A stretch of DNA of 33,512 nucleotides, taken from contig WJKK01000001.1 in the NCBI GenBank assembly GCA_014729135.1, positions 695,407 to 728,918 of the forward strand, written 5' to 3'. Both the position numbers and the translations under genes were made by a program. Position 1 is the first letter of the stretch, and each line of letters starts with the position of its first letter. Positions 7,084 to 14,440 of the stretch are shown one piece after another. The DNA comes from a candidate division WWE3 bacterium (GTDB taxonomy: Bacteria > Patescibacteriota > WWE3 > UBA101185 > UBA10185). Below the pieces are notes generated by a model. The model had not been told where the DNA came from. It saw only the letters and a list, made by a program, of their open reading frames with translations, and ran no database searches.

Positions 7084-8346
7084 ATGCAGCGTTATTTTCA
7101 CGTTAAAAACCCCTGGTGGGAAAACAAATCCTTTAACACGGGAATAAAAAGACCCTACTACATTAAAAAACTCCAAAAAAACCTAAAGCAAGATTTGATG
7201 CAAATAATCACAGGTCTAAGAAGAGTAGGGAAAAGCACGATTGCCCTCCAACTAATAAATTCCATGATAAATGAAAATAAAATGGATCCCCAAAAAATAC
7301 TCTTCTTTTCCGTTGAAGAGCCCATAATTAAAGATACTCCAATAATAAAGATAATCAACGAATTTAGAGCAGAAAAAAATCTTAAAACCAATACTAAAAT
7401 TCATGTCTTCATAGACGAAATACAATTCAGAGAAGATTGGGAAAGAGAGATTAAGTCCCTTTACGATACTGAAAATATAAAATTCATACTCACAGGATCC
7501 TCTGCAATGCTTCTTTCAGAAAAGCTATCATATCTGACAGGACGCTATTTAAAAACGCAAATATATCCCCTAAATTTTGAAGAGTATCTAAATTTTAAAA
7601 AGGTTAAGACATCCAAAACAAACGAGCATCTTCTAAAAAAAGCGGCAAAAAATTTCCTTAAAACAGGAGGAATGCCTGAATTTGTATTAAAAAATCCCGA
7701 CAGATATCTAGAAACAACAGTAGAAAGCATCCTATTTAAGGATCTGGTTTCAAAATTTAAGCTTCGTAACCCTAAAGTTCTAACAGATCTTTTGTACTTA
7801 TTAGCTGACAGAGTGGGAACCACTTCAAGTGGAACAAAACTTTCAAATGTTTTGGAAATAAACAAAGATACTGTCATGACGTACCTCAACTATCTAAATA
7901 AAACTTTTATAACAGCAGAGCTGCCAAACTACACAACGTCAAGAAATAAAGAACTTTACAACCCGGCGAAAATTTTCTTTCAAGACACCGGAATAGCAAA
8001 CACATATGCAAGTAAATTTAATTATGGGGCTTTGGCGGAAAATGCAATTTACAATAAAATATCTCAAGAAATCGGGGAGGAGATGAGAGTAAAACTAGGC
8101 TACTGGTACGAGGAAAAGTCTGAAATTGATTTTATTTTACAGAGAAAGAAAAAGGTTACTGTAATAGAATCTAAAATGGTTAATACAATAGAGAACATAA
8201 ACTTTAAACCTTTGAGAAACCTGTTAAAGGATCAAAATGCGAATGAGATTATTTATGTCACAGAGGGCCTGGGGGGAATGGAAACCGTGGATAAGGCGGA
8301 TGTAAATTTCATTCCCTTGTATAAATTTTTGAAAGAGCCCCTCTAG
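7084..8346 (+). CDS. AAA-family ATPase (AAA_14 + DUF4143-type, COG1373-like)
   Basis: Walker A GLRRVGKST and Walker B-like HVFIDEIQ. The length and C-terminal region are typical of this widespread family of uncharacterised ATPases. Confidence 0.7.
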   Translation: MQRYFHVKNPWWENKSFNTGIKRPYYIKKLQKNLKQDLMQIITGLRRVGKSTIALQLINSMINENKMDPQKILFFSVEEPIIKDTPIIKIINEFRAEKNLKTNTKIHVFIDEIQFREDWEREIKSLYDTENIKFILTGSSAMLLSEKLSYLTGRYLKTQIYPLNFEEYLNFKKVKTSKTNEHLLKKAAKNFLKTGGMPEFVLKNPDRYLETTVESILFKDLVSKFKLRNPKVLTDLLYLLADRVGTTSSGTKLSNVLEINKDTVMTYLNYLNKTFITAELPNYTTSRNKELYNPAKIFFQDTGIANTYASKFNYGALAENAIYNKISQEIGEEMRVKLGYWYEEKSEIDFILQRKKKVTVIESKMVNTIENINFKPLRNLLKDQNANEIIYVTEGLGGMETVDKADVNFIPLYKFLKEPL

Positions 8347-9516
8347 ATGAATTCCGCAGGGATGAAAACCATAGGTATAGACGCACGTTTCTGGGGAGAG
8401 GCGGGTCCTGGGAGATATACAAAAGCTCTAATTGAGCATCTGGAAAAAGCGGATACTAAGAACAAATACCTTATTTTTTTGCGCAAAAAAGGATTTGAAA
8501 GTTACACTCCCCAAAACTCCAACTTCAAAAAAGTCCCGGCACACTATAAGTGGTACTCCTTTGAAGAACAAACAACCTATTTAATAAAACTCTTAAAATA
8601 CAAACCGGATCTTTACTACGTTCCCCACTTCAACGTTCCTATTTTATATCCGGGAACCTTAGTAACGGCAATTCCGGATATTATCATGCACAAGTTCAGC
8701 ACCAATCGAGCAACAACCCATACTAGCGTGAGATTCCTTATTAAAAAACTTGCATACCATTTGGCGATGTTTGTCGCTGTAGTACGCTCCAAAAATATAA
8801 TAGTGCCTACAAACGTTGTTAAAAAGGACTTTTTAGAGTTTTATCCGTTTTTAAAACCCGAAAAAATTGTTGTAGCTCCGGAGGGTATAGATCCTGATTT
8901 TACAGTAGACACTTCACCGGAATTTGAGAAAAAAACTTTGGAGAAATATGGGATTAAAAAGCCTTATTTGCTTTATGTAAGCAGCATGTACCGACATAAA
9001 AATGTTTACAATTTAATTAAGGCTTTCCGGATTTTGCAGGAGAAGTTTGATTTTAAGGGACAACTTGTTTTGGTAGGGAAGAGGGATTATTTTTCGGAAA
9101 AAGTAGGGGAGTATGTCGCTAAGAAAGGGCTAGAAGGAGATGTTATTTTACCGGGACTTCAAGAATATGTCGGAGATCCGGAGGTTGTGGCTCTGCGAAA
9201 AAATGCAAAGCTTTATGTTTTCCCCTCTCTACAGGAGGGTTTTAGCCTAACTCCTCTGGAGGGGATGATTTGGAATTTGCCGGCTGTAATTTCCGATATC
9301 CCTTGCCACAAAGAGGTTTATGGAGATGCGGTGGCGTACTTTAATCCGTTGAACCCTGAGAAGATTGCGGAGGCTATAAATAGAGTGTTACAAGATGAGG
9401 CTCTCCAGAAGGAACTTGTCAAGAGGGGGCTCAATAAAATAAAGGAGTATGATTGGCAAAAAACAGCTGATATAACTCTGGAGGTATTTGAGAAGGTTCT
9501 TGAAGATAGGAATTGA
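8347..9516 (+). CDS. Glycosyltransferase family 4 (GT-B fold)
   Basis: The C-terminal half has the E-x7-E region (PSLQEGFSLTPLEGM). An alternative start is Met at 8362 (MKTIGID). Confidence 0.8.
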   Translation: MNSAGMKTIGIDARFWGEAGPGRYTKALIEHLEKADTKNKYLIFLRKKGFESYTPQNSNFKKVPAHYKWYSFEEQTTYLIKLLKYKPDLYYVPHFNVPILYPGTLVTAIPDIIMHKFSTNRATTHTSVRFLIKKLAYHLAMFVAVVRSKNIIVPTNVVKKDFLEFYPFLKPEKIVVAPEGIDPDFTVDTSPEFEKKTLEKYGIKKPYLLYVSSMYRHKNVYNLIKAFRILQEKFDFKGQLVLVGKRDYFSEKVGEYVAKKGLEGDVILPGLQEYVGDPEVVALRKNAKLYVFPSLQEGFSLTPLEGMIWNLPAVISDIPCHKEVYGDAVAYFNPLNPEKIAEAINRVLQDEALQKELVKRGLNKIKEYDWQKTADITLEVFEKVLEDRN

Positions 9517-9634
9517 GCGAACTGTCTCTAGCTTTGTAAAGGAAACCTACGCCAAAGAATATTTGGAGACATTCAAAATCCACAAATAACTACTCCAAAC
9601 TTAAAAGTACCCGAATAAGAACTCACTATAACTA

Positions 9635-9664
9635 TTGACAAACGTGGACAAATAATATTAAAGT
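9635..9664 (+). promoter_or_regulatory. Candidate sigma70-like promoter (TTGACA ... TAAAGT/TATTAA)
   Basis: A perfect -35 ttgaca lies at 9635-9640. A-T-rich -10 candidates sit 15-18 nt downstream. Confidence 0.4.
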
Positions 9665-9749
9665 AAATATGTGCTGCCCCCACATGGTTGGGGGCATTTA
9701 AAACAATATGACAAGGACATGCCCGTCAACAAAATCTAAATAGTTTATC

Positions 9750-9773
9750 AGCAGGCTTTAAGCCTGCTTTTTT
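9750..9773 (+). terminator. Intrinsic terminator (8-bp stem, 3-nt loop, T5)
   Basis: agcaggct tta agcctgct ttttt. It lies 234 nt after the GT4 stop and 110 nt before the tasA-like start. Confidence 0.7.
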
Positions 9774-9882
9774 GTTGAAAAGTTTTAGGCAAACCTTACA
9801 AAGAGGCGAAGTAAGCAAAAGCACAAAAGGGCAGATTTGAAAAATAGTATTAACTTGAAACTCTAAAAGGAGGTGAAGAAGA

Positions 9883-10959
9883 ATGAAAAAGATTATAGCT
9901 AGCATAGCAACTATAGCTGTATTTGCTTCTGTAACTTATTTGGGAACTTCTGCACTATTTTCCGACACAGAAGAATCCTTGGACAATACTTTCACAACAG
10001 GAAGTATTGATATTTCAGTAGACGGTGAAAATCCTTGGGCACATTCGGAAGAGTACAATCTTACTGATATGAAGCCCGGTTACACCGACTACATGGAATT
10101 TGTAATCCATAACGTGGGAACAAATCCTGCTGAAATTACCAAGACGCTTTCAGACTTCACCGGATATGATGTAGTTACAACAGAACCCGAATGTGATGCT
10201 GAAAGTGGAACTGAGTGGACCTGGGATGAAGCATCAATGACCGGAGTATGTACCGGAAACACAGCAGTAACAGACTTGGAAAACGTTATCGACTACGACC
10301 TAATCGTAGAAGTTTATGACGTTAACCCTGATGAAGATGAAACTGCAGAACCTGTATGGATGCAGACCATCTACACAGAGGACCAGCCTGCTGATATGGC
10401 TCTCTTAGACGACCAGGCTATCCACTTGGGCATGCTTCCTGTAGGCTACTACATGAAAGTAACGCAAAGTTATCACATGGATGTAAACGCAGGAAACGAG
10501 TACCAAGCAGATGAGCTCTCCTTTGATATTCAACTTGCTGCAAATCAGCTACTGGCTGAAAATACAGTTAAGTTAGAAAATAAGGATGGAGATGATGACT
10601 GGATGCTAATCATGGATGACGCTATTGAAGGAACGTTGACCTATCAACTAAGAAGCCCAACTTTTGAGTTTGAATTTGATGGAACAGCTCCTTTAGCAAG
10701 CCGCAATTACGTTCTTGCAGCAGGATATGACGCTGACACTAACGTTGACACAAAACTAGGTGAAGGCACATCCGCAGCAGACGGAACCATTACCATTACA
10801 GGTGATGTTGAACTCGGCAAAGACATGAAAGACGTTAAAGTCTGGTTAGTACCTGCAGAAAACTGGACCGATGGAACAGGAATGACCGGCTGGGCCGGAA
10901 CACCTGGAAACTTCCTTTGGGAAACCAGCTTAATGTGGTACGAAGACACTAACAACTAG
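9883..10959 (+). CDS. TasA/camelysin-like secreted protein with SipW-cognate signal peptide (copy 1)
   Basis: The signal peptide ends in GTSALFSDTEESLDNTFTTGSIDISVDG. A strong SD (aaggaggtg) sits 7 nt upstream. MKVTQSYHMDVNAGNEYQADELSFDIQL is shared with copy 2. Confidence 0.8.
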   Translation: MKKIIASIATIAVFASVTYLGTSALFSDTEESLDNTFTTGSIDISVDGENPWAHSEEYNLTDMKPGYTDYMEFVIHNVGTNPAEITKTLSDFTGYDVVTTEPECDAESGTEWTWDEASMTGVCTGNTAVTDLENVIDYDLIVEVYDVNPDEDETAEPVWMQTIYTEDQPADMALLDDQAIHLGMLPVGYYMKVTQSYHMDVNAGNEYQADELSFDIQLAANQLLAENTVKLENKDGDDDWMLIMDDAIEGTLTYQLRSPTFEFEFDGTAPLASRNYVLAAGYDADTNVDTKLGEGTSAADGTITITGDVELGKDMKDVKVWLVPAENWTDGTGMTGWAGTPGNFLWETSLMWYEDTNN

Positions 10960-10975
10960 TTTAGTGACTTCTTTG

Positions 10976-11002
10976 GAGGTTCAATTAAAAAAATTGAACC
11001 TC
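10976..11002 (+). terminator. 11-bp hairpin after the first tasA-like gene (possible partial terminator)
   Basis: gaggttcaatt aaaaa aattgaacctc followed by ttat. Confidence 0.4.
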
Positions 11003-11010
11003 TTATAGAA

Positions 11011-11682
11011 GTGAACGAGATAAGTAAATTGGGTAAAAATAGGCAAAACAAAATGAAAACACTTAACAACCTAAAAAAACTAATAGGCACCTCCTACTGG
11101 ATCTTTGTAGGAATAATCCTCTTTTTTGGCCTACTAACAACTCTATCCTTAAGGGAGCTTCCCGGAGGAATTAGAGCATTTGTTGTTCAATCAGGATCCA
11201 TGGAACCTGCCATAAAAACCGGATCCGTTGTAGTAATAAAGCCTAAAGAAACTTACAAAATAGACGAAGTTATCACTTTTAAATTAAGACCCGATAGCAG
11301 CACAAAAACACCTAAAGATCTGGTTACACATAGAATCATTGAAAAAGCAGAGGATGAAGGCCGAAACACTTACCTAACAAAAGGAGATGCAAATGAGGAT
11401 GCCGATAGAGAAATGATCCGTGAAGATCAAATTTTGGGAAGGGTCTTTGTAAGTGTACCTTTAGTAGGGAAAATCCTGGCATTTTCGCAAACACAAGTAG
11501 GATTTATACTTTTGATAATACTTCCGGCCATTTTGATAATCTATACAGAACTTCAAAAAATCTTTAACAATCTCTTTAAGAAAAACTCCAAGGAAGGTGA
11601 CACCAAAAAAGAAACCCAAGCAAACACAGAAGACAACAATATTAAAAAAGAAACAAAAACCAAAGGAGGTGGAAATAAATGA
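11011..11682 (+). CDS. sipW: Signal peptidase I, archaeal/ER type (SipW-like, S26B)
   Basis: N-terminal TM, then the catalytic-Ser motif VQSGSMEPAIKTGSVVVIKP. It also has LVTHRII, KGDAN, a C-terminal TM and a K-rich tail. The track start is GTG 11011 and an alternative ATG is at 11053. Its stop overlaps the next ATG (ATGA). Confidence 0.85.
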   Translation: MNEISKLGKNRQNKMKTLNNLKKLIGTSYWIFVGIILFFGLLTTLSLRELPGGIRAFVVQSGSMEPAIKTGSVVVIKPKETYKIDEVITFKLRPDSSTKTPKDLVTHRIIEKAEDEGRNTYLTKGDANEDADREMIREDQILGRVFVSVPLVGKILAFSQTQVGFILLIILPAILIIYTELQKIFNNLFKKNSKEGDTKKETQANTEDNNIKKETKTKGGGNK

Positions 11683-12794
11683 AAAAGATATTAACAAGCT
11701 TACTAATAATTGCCGCAGTAGGAACATTCGGATACATCACAACAAGCGCATACTTTAGCGACACTGAAACCTCCGAGGAAAACACATTTACTGCCGGCAC
11801 TATAAACATTGCCGTTGACGGAGAGAGCCCCTGGACAACAACAGGAACCTTCTCTATTGACGATATGAAACCCGGATACGTATTTTACAGAGACGCCGAG
11901 ATTACAAACATTGGAAACAATCCTGCGGACATCTGGAAGAGACTATCTAACATGGCTTATGCTGACGGCGAAACTTCCGATGCAGAAGAGCCCGGCTCTG
12001 ATAACAACATTGGAGCAGTCATTCGCTACGACATGAGCATAGATGACGAGGTTTTGTTCGATGTAGATGCGGGATACGTCCTAGATGAGGGCCCACATCA
12101 ACTTGCAGAAACTACCGCGGTTGAGGGACTTTACATGTATTTAGGCCGCTTAGAGCCCGGAGAATCCATGACCGTAACACAAAGCTATCACATGGACCCA
12201 TCCGTTGGGAACTGGGCGCAAGGAGACATAATGACCTTGGATGTTGAGTTTTATGCTCAACAAACATCAGGAGGCGCTACAGCTCCTTCACCGGAACTGG
12301 AAGCTCTTGCAAAGGACAATCTGGACTACTTGGATATAGCAGCCTCAGACACAGCCGACATGCAACTTCATGATGCAAAAGGATGGCTGGATTATGCTCA
12401 GGGAGGCTATGGCGGACGTGACGGCGATGAAACTATCGCTATGGTAATGGGAGAAAACGGAGTCTGTGATGAAACCACAGAAAACGCAACTTTCATGATG
12501 TATGCAGGTGAAGCCACCGCTAACAACCTGGTACTTCGCCACTATGATGGGCAATCAGACGACTCCTTTGAGGTCTTTGTTGATGGAAATTCAGTTGGAA
12601 CCTATGCAAATCAGTACAACTCTGAAGATCCTTCTCACTGGATAACAGCAACATTCCCTGTCGACTTCACAGGATATGCTGAGGTGGAAATAGTAGCCAC
12701 AGGAGAACCCGGAAGCCTATGTGCTGCCGGAACTGACGGAACAGATTACTGGTATGGACAAGTTGCTCTAAATTGGGCTAAGATTACTGAGTAA
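11679..12794 (+). CDS. TasA/camelysin-like secreted protein with SipW-cognate signal peptide (copy 2)
   Basis: TTSAYFSDTETSEENTFTAGTINIAVDG. MTVTQSYHMDPSVGNWAQGDIMTLDVEF. It has an extra C-terminal domain relative to copy 1. Confidence 0.8.
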   Translation: MKKILTSLLIIAAVGTFGYITTSAYFSDTETSEENTFTAGTINIAVDGESPWTTTGTFSIDDMKPGYVFYRDAEITNIGNNPADIWKRLSNMAYADGETSDAEEPGSDNNIGAVIRYDMSIDDEVLFDVDAGYVLDEGPHQLAETTAVEGLYMYLGRLEPGESMTVTQSYHMDPSVGNWAQGDIMTLDVEFYAQQTSGGATAPSPELEALAKDNLDYLDIAASDTADMQLHDAKGWLDYAQGGYGGRDGDETIAMVMGENGVCDETTENATFMMYAGEATANNLVLRHYDGQSDDSFEVFVDGNSVGTYANQYNSEDPSHWITATFPVDFTGYAEVEIVATGEPGSLCAAGTDGTDYWYGQVALNWAKITE

Positions 12795-12814
12795 CCTCTA
12801 GTCGGTTTTTAGGG

Positions 12815-12836
12815 AGCCGGAGAAGTTTTTCCGGCT
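12815..12836 (+). terminator. Hairpin after the second tasA-like gene
   Basis: agccgga (12815-12821) pairs with tccggct (12830-12836), with an 8-nt T-rich loop. Confidence 0.3.
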
Positions 12837-12880
12837 TCCAATAAAGCTTACTAAGTAAAAAAACAAATATAAGGAGAATT

Positions 12881-14440
12881 ATGAATAAAACGATAAAAAA
12901 CATAATGTTAGTTTTAACTGCCTTGGGTGTTTTCAGCACTCTACAGCCTCAATATACTTGGGCAAGAGAGCCAAATATAAAATTTACAGACAAGGAAGAT
13001 CAAGAGGATATTTTGTTAGAAACTGAAAGTCTGGACATGGAAATGAGAGGAGGCCAGGACAACTTCGTAGAGGGAGACGATCTTTTCATAGGTGATACAA
13101 CGGCCAGGGACGTCTATATAAAAAATACAGGAACAACAGATTTCAAATATAAATCTTTTATCAAAGTAGGAGATGAAACTGACGAAAACCTTTGTGAAAA
13201 TTTAGAGCTCAAGGTTTGGTATAACAGATTTGATGAGAGCGGAAATAAACACGCAGAACTTAAGTACACAGGATCTTTGATGGATTTTGAAATGAATTTT
13301 GAGGGGGAGGACGAGGAACTTCAAATACCCAACGGTTACAGCTACGAAGAAAATCCAATGTATGCAGAAAAAGAACACTGGCTGTATTACAGAATTCAGG
13401 TCCCGGAGGAAGCTCCTTATGAAGTCTCACAAAAAGCATGTGACTTTGAAATCGTAACAATTGCATGGCAACAAGAGTTGATAGATGAGAATCAGGGCTT
13501 CTGGGATATCGAAAGTCTGCAATCCTCAATAACCACGGGAGATTGGACACCCTCTGCTCCCACGGGACTTAAAATCCTAAATCACAAAGAGGAAGAACTT
13601 GACTGTTCGGATCCGGAAAACCCTGCCATAACAAACAATAGAAACATTACTATAGACTGGACAGATAATCCTGAATTCGACTTAGAACATTATGACCTCG
13701 GAATCAAGGATAAGTTGGTACACGACGATTTCATAGAAGAATCTTTGAGACCAGCCACCGTAAGAGACGAGGATGGAGATTACAAATACAGAGTAAGGGC
13801 GGTAGACGAGGGCGGAAACATTAGCGAATGGTCTGATTGGTGTTATCTCATTTTAGACAGAACTATAGATGACGCCGAAGAGGGGGAAGTATTGATTAAT
13901 GAAGTCATGTGGTCGGGGTCCTCGGAAAATACGTCAGATGAGTGGATTGAGCTTTACAATGAGAGTGATAGAGAAATAAAACTTAAGAACTGGACCCTGT
14001 CAATTGGAGACGAAACAGAAATTACGTTGCCAGAAGATGAAGTAATCGAAGCACACAGCTATTTCCTAATCTCCAAGTACGATGAGGAAGATGGGAATTC
14101 AGCACTAAATGTGACACCCGATCTAGTTGCAGAAGAATTAAACTTAGAGGACGCCGGAAGCCGCCTAACTCTGAAAGATGCCTTCAACAACGAAATAGAC
14201 AGCATAGATGCATCGTCTGAATGGCCTGCGGGAGAAGTAAAAGAAGATCCCGAAATTCCTACAACATACCACTCCATGGAAAGAAGTGACGATCCCTCCA
14301 ACTGGCACACTTGTAAAGACAGCAGCTGCAATGATGCCATTTATTGGGATGTAACAACCTCGGAAGGAGAAGATCCAAACGAGGTGGGCACCAACTATGG
14401 AACGCCCGGATCAGAAAATTCACCGGAAGGGAGTAACTAA
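12881..14440 (+). CDS. Secreted multidomain protein: TasA-like N-domain, Fn3-like domain, lamin tail domain (LTD)
   Basis: Sec-type signal (..YTWA/RE). FIGDTTARDVYIKNTGTTDF...ACDFEIVTIAWQQ resembles the TasA-like sandwich. YKYRVRAVDEGGNISEWS is Fn3-like. VLINEVMWSGSSENTSDEWIELYNESDREIKLKNWTL is a typical LTD. Confidence 0.7.
   Translation: MNKTIKNIMLVLTALGVFSTLQPQYTWAREPNIKFTDKEDQEDILLETESLDMEMRGGQDNFVEGDDLFIGDTTARDVYIKNTGTTDFKYKSFIKVGDETDENLCENLELKVWYNRFDESGNKHAELKYTGSLMDFEMNFEGEDEELQIPNGYSYEENPMYAEKEHWLYYRIQVPEEAPYEVSQKACDFEIVTIAWQQELIDENQGFWDIESLQSSITTGDWTPSAPTGLKILNHKEEELDCSDPENPAITNNRNITIDWTDNPEFDLEHYDLGIKDKLVHDDFIEESLRPATVRDEDGDYKYRVRAVDEGGNISEWSDWCYLILDRTIDDAEEGEVLINEVMWSGSSENTSDEWIELYNESDREIKLKNWTLSIGDETEITLPEDEVIEAHSYFLISKYDEEDGNSALNVTPDLVAEELNLEDAGSRLTLKDAFNNEIDSIDASSEWPAGEVKEDPEIPTTYHSMERSDDPSNWHTCKDSSCNDAIYWDVTTSEGEDPNEVGTNYGTPGSENSPEGSN

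Noticed and set aside
9786-9845. GGCAAACC ... AGCAAAAGC upstream of the fibre operon, reminiscent of the conserved cores of the c-di-GMP-I (GEMM-I, RF01051) riboswitch
   Set aside because: I could not fold the flanking sequence into the required P1/P2 helices with a GNRA tetraloop and receptor, and the motif lies after rather than before the terminator. It is worth a cmscan, but the sequence as read does not support it.
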